A DNA stretch of 26,291 nucleotides from a virus (Duplodnaviria > Caudoviricetes), in IMG/VR virus record IMGVR_UViG_3300036786_000003, positions 1-26,291 of that record; one strand, given 5' to 3'. Below the pieces are notes generated by a model. It was not told where the DNA came from and made no database searches. It worked only from the letters and a program-made list of their open reading frames with translations. This document shows, in pieces, positions 15,805 through 23,444 of the stretch. The position numbers and the translations under genes were made by a program. Position 1 is the stretch's first letter; every line of letters starts with the position of its first letter.

Positions 15805-16370
15805 TGGACGCGCGGTCTTTCAACCGTTACCTCGATCCGCTCAAGCGCCGGACGAGGCTCATGGCGACGCGCAGCGTCCTGGACCGCGTCGACAACAGCG
15901 GCGGCCGCCAAACCGTGCAAATCCATCGTTATGGCGGCATGGATGGTGACACCGGAATCGAGCGCTTCCAGAATTACGGTTTCGCCTCATGGCCGAAACA
16001 GGGCGCCGAAAGCGTGGATCTTGCGCTCGGCGGTAACGGCGCGCATCGCGTGACAATCTGTGTCGATGATCGCCGGTTTTACTTCCGTGTCACCGATGAA
16101 GGTGATGTCGCGGTCTATGACGATCGCGGCCAATATGCGTGGCTTTCGGCCACCGGCATCAAGGTGAGTTCGCCGCTCGGCATCGACGCTGAGACGACGC
16201 AAACGCTGCGCCTCGCCGGCAAGGTCGTACAGATCCACGCGACCGATGAATTCCGCTTTGACGTCAACGGCCATGGCCAGGTGTGGCTCCCCACGAAGGT
16301 CGACACGTGGCAGACGGGCGAGGTCGCGGGCACGGCGCATCCGATCACGCCACCTGAAGTTCCGGAATGA
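15804..16370 (+). CDS. Baseplate spike protein (Mu gp45/gpV-like), 188 aa
   Basis: IERFQNYGFASWP..GAE.V.L.LGG...H.V.I.VDDRR, GDVAVYDDRGQ. TGATG coupling at 15804. Confidence 0.9.
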   Translation: MDARSFNRYLDPLKRRTRLMATRSVLDRVDNSGGRQTVQIHRYGGMDGDTGIERFQNYGFASWPKQGAESVDLALGGNGAHRVTICVDDRRFYFRVTDEGDVAVYDDRGQYAWLSATGIKVSSPLGIDAETTQTLRLAGKVVQIHATDEFRFDVNGHGQVWLPTKVDTWQTGEVAGTAHPITPPEVPE

Positions 16371-16909
16371 GCGATCTGATGCTCGCCTGGGACAACGACA
16401 CACAGACCGCCGATCTCGTGCTCGAGGACGGGCAGCTCGCGACCGACGACACGCTGCAAACCTCCGTCATCGTGTCGCTCTTCACCGATCAACGCGCAGA
16501 CGATGACGACGTGCTGCCGGATTACGTCTCGCCGCAGATGCCGGGCTCGGGCGATCGCCGCGGCTGGTGGGGCGATCACTATCTGCCGGATGCGTTAGCA
16601 GCGATCGCAGCCGGTCTCGGTCTAACGCCATTGCCCGTCGATCGCTGGGGCTCGCGCCTCTGGCTTCTCTTCCGCGTGAAGGATACGAGCGAGGCGCTGC
16701 AGCGCGCGAAGGAATACGCGCAAGAGGCGCTGCAATGGATGCTCGATAACGACGTCGCGAGCGCGGTGAATGTCATCGCGTCGTCGGTTGCCGGCGACCC
16801 AGGCTCGGCGCGCACGCTTCTCCTTCAGATCGAGATCGTGAAGCCGGACAAGACGACGGAGAACTACGCCTTCGATTATGCGTGGCGCGCGCAGGCGTTG
16901 GCAGCATGA
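16367..16909 (+). CDS. Baseplate protein, Mu gp46 family
   Basis: LQTSVIVSLFTDQRA, DRRGWWGD, WGSRLWLL.R.K, RAKEYAQEALQWMLD.DVA. Confidence 0.93.
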   Translation: MSDLMLAWDNDTQTADLVLEDGQLATDDTLQTSVIVSLFTDQRADDDDVLPDYVSPQMPGSGDRRGWWGDHYLPDALAAIAAGLGLTPLPVDRWGSRLWLLFRVKDTSEALQRAKEYAQEALQWMLDNDVASAVNVIASSVAGDPGSARTLLLQIEIVKPDKTTENYAFDYAWRAQALAA

Positions 16910-18000
16910 CCGCGACCGTCGCCTTCAATCCGCCATCGCTCGCCTCGATCGTCGACGGCGTCGCCGGCGATCTCGAGACGGCGATCCCCGGCGCCGATGC
17001 GCGGCTGCCGCGCAGCGCGCTCGCCGGCATCGGCTACGCGAAAGGCGGCGTCGGCAAGCAGCAGTATTTCTCGATCGCGTGGGTCTATCGGCAGCTTTTC
17101 CCCCAAACCGCCGATTTTGACGCGCTGGTTCGCCTCGGATCGCTCAAGGGCGTCACGCCGAAGCTCGCCTCGGCGGCCAGCTTCGTCTTCAACATCACCG
17201 GCAATAACGGCGAGTTCGCGACGACGGGCTTGATCGTCAAGCGCTCGGATGGCGCGCGCTTTGCGATCGGCGGCGACGCCACGGTCGCAGGCGGTAACGC
17301 TGCGGCGACCGTGACGGCGCTCGTTCCGGGTACCGCCGGCAACACGCCGGTCAACACGACGCTCAACTTCGAGGCGCCGATCGCCGGCATCAACAGCAAC
17401 GGCACCGCCGGCGCTGTCGTGGCCACGGGCTTCGATGCCGAGACGATCGATGCATTCCGCGGCCGCGTCATCGAAGCGTGGCAGAAGCCACCGCAAGGCG
17501 GCGATCTGGATGATTTCGTGATCTGGGCGAAACAGGTCGCGGGCGTCACGCGCGCCTGGGCGTTCAAGAACTGGATGGGCGTCGGCTCGGTTGGCGTTCT
17601 CTTCGTGCAGGACAACAATCCGGCCGGCATCATCCCGAGCGGCGGCGACGTCGCAACGGTGCAAGCCTATATCGAGACCGTCGACCCGGTGATCGGCGAG
17701 CTATTCGTGGTCGCGCCGACGGCGCTCAACCTCAATCCGACGATCCATCTCAGTCCCGACACCGCGGCGACGCGCGCTGCGGTCACTGCCAATCTACAGG
17801 CCCTGATCGCAGCGGAAGCCATTCCCGGCGGCTCGACCGCGGCGAGCGGCCTCTTCTACTTGAGCCACATCGAAGAAGCCGTCGATACGGCGGACGGCGT
17901 CGTCGACAACGTCGTCTCGCTTCTCGTGGGCGTCGCGCCGGCGAACATCACGATCGGCGCGGGGCAGCTCTTGCAGCTCGGCGCGATAACCTGGGTATGA
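16906..18000 (+). CDS. Baseplate wedge J-like protein (Mu gp47), 364 aa
   Basis: QLFPQTAD, GFDAETIDAFRGR, PPQGGDLDDFVIWAKQVAGVTRAW, LGAITWV. ATGA overlap at 16906. Confidence 0.93.
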   Translation: MTATVAFNPPSLASIVDGVAGDLETAIPGADARLPRSALAGIGYAKGGVGKQQYFSIAWVYRQLFPQTADFDALVRLGSLKGVTPKLASAASFVFNITGNNGEFATTGLIVKRSDGARFAIGGDATVAGGNAAATVTALVPGTAGNTPVNTTLNFEAPIAGINSNGTAGAVVATGFDAETIDAFRGRVIEAWQKPPQGGDLDDFVIWAKQVAGVTRAWAFKNWMGVGSVGVLFVQDNNPAGIIPSGGDVATVQAYIETVDPVIGELFVVAPTALNLNPTIHLSPDTAATRAAVTANLQALIAAEAIPGGSTAASGLFYLSHIEEAVDTADGVVDNVVSLLVGVAPANITIGAGQLLQLGAITWV

Positions 18001-18003
18001 GCG

Positions 18004-18588
18004 ATGAGTAGCCAGGAAGATTTCGCGATCGTCCACCAGCAGCTCCTCCCGCCGGGGCGCGCCTGGCGCGGGGCGCTGATGCAGCAATTGATGCTCGGCC
18101 TCGCCGGTCTCGACGCGCGCGTCGCGCAAACGCTCGAAGACGTGCTCGATCAAGCCGATCCGCGCGGCGCCGATGAGAGCATCGACGATTGGGAGAGCAA
18201 TCTCGGTTTGCCGGAAGCGTGCATCGGCCAGCTTCCGACGCTGCAAGAGCGCCAGGTCGCAGCCACCGCGAAATACACGAGCGACGGCGGCCAGTCGGAA
18301 GCCTATTTCATCGCGCTCGCGGCCTCGCTCGGCTACGCGATCACGATCGACACCTTCACGCCGTTCACGTGCGGGCTCAGTCGGTGCGGCGATCCGCTCG
18401 GATCGAAGCGCATGCGCTTCGTGTGGCGCGTGCACGTGCCGGGACCGCGCGCGACGCGCTTCCGCTGCGGCGTCAGCCGCTGCGGCGAGAAGCTGCTCAC
18501 GATTGCGCGCGCCGCCGATCTCGAATGCGAGCTCAACAAGCTCGGGCCGGCGGCCGGCAATCTCATCTTTGCGTACGAGGGGGTTTAG
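18004..18588 (+). CDS. Baseplate protein, Mu gp48/YmfQ (DUF2313) family
   Basis: QLLPPGRAW, DWESNLGLP, GGQSEAYFIALAASLGY.I.I, FRCG.SRCGE.L, LECEL.KL.PA. Confidence 0.93.
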   Translation: MSSQEDFAIVHQQLLPPGRAWRGALMQQLMLGLAGLDARVAQTLEDVLDQADPRGADESIDDWESNLGLPEACIGQLPTLQERQVAATAKYTSDGGQSEAYFIALAASLGYAITIDTFTPFTCGLSRCGDPLGSKRMRFVWRVHVPGPRATRFRCGVSRCGEKLLTIARAADLECELNKLGPAAGNLIFAYEGV

Positions 18589-19905
18589 ATGCTTTACAAC
18601 CCGCCGCTCGGCGGCGCGGCCAACGATCCTTACATCGACGGCAATCCGCTCACGGGCGTCGAGGGCTCGGACGTGCCGGCGGCGGCGATCGAATATCCGC
18701 AGCGCGAGATCGAGGCGATCCTTGCCGCGGCCGCGGGGCTCGTCCCGACGAATGCCGATCTGACGCAAACGCTCCAGGCATTGAAGCAGATCACCGGCTG
18801 CGGCAACGTCACGTCGCTCGCCGCCACCGGCGCTCTTGTCGCATCGCAGGCCGGCGTGATCCTGATCGACGCGACCGCCGGGAATGTCATTCTCACGCTG
18901 CCCGCCGCGAACACTCAGCTCGGGCTGCGCTACGACTTCATCCGCACAGACGCGACGGGCAACAGCGTCACCGTGCAGCGCGCCGGCGCCGACAACATCG
19001 ACACCGGGACGAGCTTCGGGCTCAGCGGCCAGGGCGCGAGCGCGGGAATCTCGGCGACGAGCGCGACCCGCTGGCGCACGCGTTCCGCCGTCGCGGCTGC
19101 ACAGACAATTCTCAATGGCTACATCGACGGGCTCACGCTCTCGACGTCTGCCGCGTCAAACGTATTCGGCGTCGCCGCCGGCATCGCCGCCGATCACACC
19201 AACGCCGACTATTTGACGCTCGCTGCTGCCGTCACGAAAACCACCGGCGCCTGGACGGCCGGCAGCGGCAACGGCGCGCTCGATACGGGCGCGATCACGA
19301 ACAACGCTTGGTACGCGTTTTTCATCGTCAAAAATCCGACGACCAAGGCCACCGATATCGCGATCTCGAAAGAGGTCGCCGGCACGACGCCGGCGCCGGC
19401 GATGGGCGGCGGATCGGCGCTCAATATCGCCGGCTTCTCGGAGTATCGCTATATCGGCTCGTTGATGCTCGATAGCGGCGGCCACTGGGTTCAAATCGTC
19501 CAGAACGGCGATGAATTCACGCTCGTCAATCAATGGGCGAGCAGTGATTTTTCGGGCACGCCGACGACGGCCAACCGAACGTTGACGACGATGAACTTGC
19601 CGCTCGGCGTCATCGTCCTGGGTAAATTCAACGTCTCGACTAGCAATTTGCAATCGGTCGGCGTTGGCTCGTCCTACTTCTTATCCGATCCAGCGATCGC
19701 TGATGCCGCACCTGTTAACGGCAGTACCCCGCTGGCGTCGATCGAGGTGGGCATCTCCGCAACAACAGGCGGCGCGCCGCAAGTCTCGGTCGGCATGCAA
19801 AGCACATGTCGCACCAACACGTCGGCTCAGATCGGCATTCGCGGCTCCATCGCGCAAGGGCTCGTTGTCCAATCGTACGGCTGGGTCGACACGCGCGGCC
19901 GCTAA
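18589..19905 (+). CDS. Tail fibre protein, 438 aa
   Basis: N-terminal anchor DPYIDGNP.TG.EGS.VPA.AIEYPQREI...GLVP..ADLTQ.LQA, typical of fibres following gp48. Thr/Gly/Ala-rich beta body. Confidence 0.88.
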   Translation: MLYNPPLGGAANDPYIDGNPLTGVEGSDVPAAAIEYPQREIEAILAAAAGLVPTNADLTQTLQALKQITGCGNVTSLAATGALVASQAGVILIDATAGNVILTLPAANTQLGLRYDFIRTDATGNSVTVQRAGADNIDTGTSFGLSGQGASAGISATSATRWRTRSAVAAAQTILNGYIDGLTLSTSAASNVFGVAAGIAADHTNADYLTLAAAVTKTTGAWTAGSGNGALDTGAITNNAWYAFFIVKNPTTKATDIAISKEVAGTTPAPAMGGGSALNIAGFSEYRYIGSLMLDSGGHWVQIVQNGDEFTLVNQWASSDFSGTPTTANRTLTTMNLPLGVIVLGKFNVSTSNLQSVGVGSSYFLSDPAIADAAPVNGSTPLASIEVGISATTGGAPQVSVGMQSTCRTNTSAQIGIRGSIAQGLVVQSYGWVDTRGR

Positions 19906-19923
19906 TCGAAGGTAGGTTGAACC

Positions 19924-20424
19924 ATGTCTAATTACGTTGCGATCGTTGGTGGTGTGGTGATGCAGGTATTTGCCATTCCGCAGCACGATCCGGCGCCACC
20001 AGGCTACGCGGTCATTGAGGATACCGATGCAGCGTGGGTTGCCTATTTGGCTGCTCAGTCTGCAAAGGCCGCGATCGCCGCTGCGCAGACGGCCTATAAC
20101 AACTTGATCGCCGCGGGCCTCACCGTCACCTCGACGGGCACGCCGGCGGTCGATGGGACCTATGCCTGCGACGACGCGCAGCAGGACATCGTCACCCGCA
20201 TCCAGGCTTACATCACTAAAAACAACGCGTTCCCCGGCGGATTGTCGGCGGTGCAGCTCCGCAAGGCCGATGGCAGCGGCTACATCGCGATCGGCACTGT
20301 CGCGCTCTTCCAGGCAGTCGGCAGCGCGATCGCCGATTTCGTCGCCAAGGCCGATGAGGCCGAGCTCGCCGTGCTCGCCGGCGGCTCATGGGTCGCGCCA
20401 AGCAACGCGGTGACGATCGCATGA
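19924..20424 (+). CDS. Tail fibre assembly/associated protein (DUF4376-like C-terminus)
   Basis: Directly after the fibre. YACD..AQ..I......FPGG....W/L..ADG.......LF.A.G.AIADFV pattern. Confidence 0.65.
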   Translation: MSNYVAIVGGVVMQVFAIPQHDPAPPGYAVIEDTDAAWVAYLAAQSAKAAIAAAQTAYNNLIAAGLTVTSTGTPAVDGTYACDDAQQDIVTRIQAYITKNNAFPGGLSAVQLRKADGSGYIAIGTVALFQAVGSAIADFVAKADEAELAVLAGGSWVAPSNAVTIA

Positions 20425-20597
20425 ACCGCTTCGTCAAGCTCATCCGCGTAATGTGCGAAGTCCACGAGATCGCGGCGAAGCCCGAGCGCCTCGTGCTCGA
20501 CGAAAAGCGTTTGAGCAAGCTCTCGGAGTACGAGCGCGCCATCGAGATGGCCGCGCTCTCCATCCGTCTCGCTGTGATGCTGGATGAAGCGAAATGA
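20421..20597 (+). CDS. Hypothetical 58-aa helical protein
   Basis: ATGA overlaps at both ends. Begins MNRFVKLIRVMCEVHEIAAKPERL. Confidence 0.65.
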   Translation: MNRFVKLIRVMCEVHEIAAKPERLVLDEKRLSKLSEYERAIEMAALSIRLAVMLDEAK

Positions 20598-20959
20598 CCG
20601 ACGTTAACAGCCCCGGCGCCAGCCACAGCGCTCCGCTCTTCAATCGCGAAGCGAAGAAGCGCTTCGATGCGCTCAATGTCGGCGAGCCTTATCTGCTTCG
20701 GCGCTTCCTACCGCGCTGTCCGCAAGCGGCGCTCGAGCCCGAGCGGCACCTCGAACATCTGGGCAAGCATCCGCTCGCCTATTCGCCGCCGCTCGATCCG
20801 TCGCGCTGTCCCGAATGCGGTGCATCATTGCCGCCGGCGCCCGATGCCGTCTTCCAGGATGCCGTCATCACCAGCCGCAAGCCCAGCATGCTTCTGGCGC
20901 GCGCGCTTCTCGCCATAGGCCGCTTTTTCCATTCCATCGCAAAGAGGATCGATCGATGA
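20594..20959 (+). CDS. Hypothetical 121-aa protein with CxxC motif and amphipathic basic C-terminal helix
   Basis: RCP...RCPECG. ATGA coupling at both ends. Confidence 0.65.
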   Translation: MTDVNSPGASHSAPLFNREAKKRFDALNVGEPYLLRRFLPRCPQAALEPERHLEHLGKHPLAYSPPLDPSRCPECGASLPPAPDAVFQDAVITSRKPSMLLARALLAIGRFFHSIAKRIDR

Positions 20960-21717
20960 AAATCAGCTTGGATTGTCGCGTCCATTCCTGCCACGAGACG
21001 ACAATCGCCGTGCAGGCGATGGGTATGGGCGAACATCAAGGTCGCGCCGGAACGATGTTCTTGCCGGCGCTGTTGGTCGAGCTCGTCACCACGGGACCCG
21101 TGCGCATCGTGTTGCCGGCGAAGATCGTCGCCAACGACGATCGCGAGCATCTCGAAGCCCGGCGCCGCTTCGCCATGGGTGCACCGGTCACAGTCGATTT
21201 GACGGCCGAAGGCGAGGGCATGACCGAGGAGCAACGCCACATGCTGGCGCGGCATCGGCATCTGCTCGAAGCCGAGGCGATGCAGCCGCAATATGAGGCC
21301 GAGCTCGCCGCGCTGCCGGCGAACGCATCGCCGAGCATTCGCGCCGAGCTGGAAGATCACGTGCGCGAGAACAAGGCCGCGATCGCCTTGATGCATGCGA
21401 AGCTGTTGCGGCATCACGGCGGCGATGCCGCGAAGAAAGATGCTGCGATCGCGGTGGCGAAACAGGAATGGGCTGACGAAACGCAGGCGGCGATCGAGGC
21501 TCTCCCGCATCAGATCGTCGCAGCCGAGAGCAATCTCGCGCGCCACGAGGAAGATGTGGCGAACACGGGCGCCGACGATGTCGGCCGGCCAGTGGCGCTG
21601 GAAAAGCTTGCGGCGCACCGCGCCGGCGTCGCCGGGATGCACGGGCGTCATCTCGCCAATCACGATGGCGACGAAGCCAAGGCAAACGCCGCACTCGAAG
21701 CGGCGCGCAACACCTAA
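20956..21717 (+). CDS. Hypothetical 253-aa protein: N-terminal beta domain plus His-rich duplicated helical region
   Basis: AGAGGA SD and ATGA overlap at 20956; the track starts at 20815. Confidence 0.75.
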   Translation: MKISLDCRVHSCHETTIAVQAMGMGEHQGRAGTMFLPALLVELVTTGPVRIVLPAKIVANDDREHLEARRRFAMGAPVTVDLTAEGEGMTEEQRHMLARHRHLLEAEAMQPQYEAELAALPANASPSIRAELEDHVRENKAAIALMHAKLLRHHGGDAAKKDAAIAVAKQEWADETQAAIEALPHQIVAAESNLARHEEDVANTGADDVGRPVALEKLAAHRAGVAGMHGRHLANHDGDEAKANAALEAARNT

Positions 21718-21741
21718 CCATCATCCAAGGAGCTAGCTCGC

Positions 21742-22224
21742 ATGACTGATATTGCATTCGTCGATCGGCCGTGGCGCCCTGTTGCCGCACCGATCGGCAC
21801 TTCTATTCGCCGCAAAACCAAGGCGATTCTCGGCTGGCTTGCCACCGTCTTCGTCAACGGCGGCACGGCCATCATCACCAACCGCATCATCCAGGCCGGC
21901 ACGGCGCCGAAGAATATCGGCTGGGGCGTTGGCACCACCCCCGCGGCCGTCACCGACACCGCGCTGCAGACCGAGTCTGCGCCGACGACTTCCGGCGGCC
22001 GGACTGTCGGCACGGAGAGCCGCACCACCGTGACGGTCTCGAACGACAACTACCAGATCCAGGGCACGATCACGGCCGTCTCGACGCTCGCGATCACTGA
22101 ACACGCCACGTTCGATAACGTCACGGCCGGCAATATGCTGATCCATTCCGTCGGCTCGGCGGTCAACGTCAATTCGGGCGATTCCATCCAGGACACCTTC
22201 GGCTTGAAGCAGGTCGCTGCGTAA
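21742..22224 (+). CDS. Virion fibre/collar-type beta-sandwich subunit, 160 aa
   Basis: AAGGAG SD. IGWGVGTTPAAVTDTALQTE...AITEHATFDN.TAGNML......VNV.SGDSI..TF resembles tail-collar fibre (DUF3751-like) N-terminal domains. Confidence 0.7.
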   Translation: MTDIAFVDRPWRPVAAPIGTSIRRKTKAILGWLATVFVNGGTAIITNRIIQAGTAPKNIGWGVGTTPAAVTDTALQTESAPTTSGGRTVGTESRTTVTVSNDNYQIQGTITAVSTLAITEHATFDNVTAGNMLIHSVGSAVNVNSGDSIQDTFGLKQVAA

Positions 22225-22934
22225 TGCCTTTTCCTGGCGGCTATTCTTATCCAGGCGTGACGGATACGCCGGCGAACGTCGCTGCGATCCTCGGCGAAAT
22301 CCAGGTCGAGATCGCCGCTGCGCCGCCGGCGCTCGCGCTGGACTTGTCGCTCGCCGCCATTCCCTTCGATCCGGTCGATGTGCCTAAGGTCGACAGCGAC
22401 GGCCATGTGGTTGTCCGTGGCGGCGTAATCGTGACGCAGCAGATCGCCGGCTTGACCGACGCGCAGAAAGTGACGCGTCTCGCGAACCTCGCCTATCTGC
22501 GTGGCGTCGCGGCAACGCTCGCCGGCAAAACCACGCCGGTCGATGTTGACGTGCCGGCCGGCGTCGTCATGGACACGCTCATGGTCTCGGGTGCGTGGCC
22601 GCCGATCGAGCTCCTGGTTGCTCACGGCACGCCCTCGGGCCAAAAGCCGCCCACCGCGAACGATCTGGCATTGGGCGCCGCGATCGCGCTCGTGCGGCTG
22701 TGCACGGCGACACCGGGTAGCCCGTTTCGGATGAGCGATGCGACGACAAAGGCCGCAGTCACAGCGCAGCTCGGGGCTCTCGTCGCAGCCGGCGTCGTGC
22801 AGCCGTCCGACCAAGACGCGGTCCTGGCACTCTCGAGCGGTGCGCGGCCGTGGCTCGCTCAATACGGCTGGCCAAGCGATGTCGCTCTCGCCGAGCACGA
22901 TATCGAAGCCTTCCTGATCAATGCGCAGGGCTGA
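22224..22934 (+). CDS. Hypothetical 236-aa protein of the accessory fibre module
   Basis: TAATG coupling. Ala/Val-rich. No family recognised. Confidence 0.75.
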   Translation: MPFPGGYSYPGVTDTPANVAAILGEIQVEIAAAPPALALDLSLAAIPFDPVDVPKVDSDGHVVVRGGVIVTQQIAGLTDAQKVTRLANLAYLRGVAATLAGKTTPVDVDVPAGVVMDTLMVSGAWPPIELLVAHGTPSGQKPPTANDLALGAAIALVRLCTATPGSPFRMSDATTKAAVTAQLGALVAAGVVQPSDQDAVLALSSGARPWLAQYGWPSDVALAEHDIEAFLINAQG

Positions 22935-22937
22935 TCG

Positions 22938-23441
22938 ATGACCGGAACCGCAGGCATTCTCGGCGCCGCGCCGACGCTCTTCAATTGGGACCCGTATTCC
23001 CAAAGCGTGTTCAACCTGCTGTCGACCGAGCTCAACTCCCTCGCCAACAGCAGCACCACGACGCTATCGACGCTCGGCGCCGCCTTCGACAATAGCGTGA
23101 GCGGGGCCGGCGCAAGCTTTGGTGACATCTATGCCGATGTCGAATTCATCGCCGGCGCGGGCTATTCGCCGACTGCGGGCGGCTTCATCGAGCTCTGGCT
23201 GCTGCGCACCCTCAACGCCGGCACGAATTACGAAGACGGCTCCAGCAGCATCCCGCCGGCGCGGCCGGCCGACATCATCATCCCGGTGCGCAACGGCACG
23301 ACGATCACGCCGCGCGCCGGCATGCCCGGTTTGATCCTGCCGCCGGGCGCATATAAACCGCTGGCGCGCAACCAGTCGGGCGCCACCTTGCCGAGCACCG
23401 GCAACATCATTCGCATCCGGCCTTATAGCGAACAGTATTAG
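22938..23441 (+). CDS. Putative jelly-roll virion protein, 167 aa
   Basis: LNSLAN...DNS...YADVE...IELWLL...GTNYEDG...LPPG.YK...RNQSG..L.STGN.I..RPY is a pattern I associate with phage genes preceding LamG proteins. Confidence 0.7.
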   Translation: MTGTAGILGAAPTLFNWDPYSQSVFNLLSTELNSLANSSTTTLSTLGAAFDNSVSGAGASFGDIYADVEFIAGAGYSPTAGGFIELWLLRTLNAGTNYEDGSSSIPPARPADIIIPVRNGTTITPRAGMPGLILPPGAYKPLARNQSGATLPSTGNIIRIRPYSEQY

Positions 23442-23444
23442 GCG

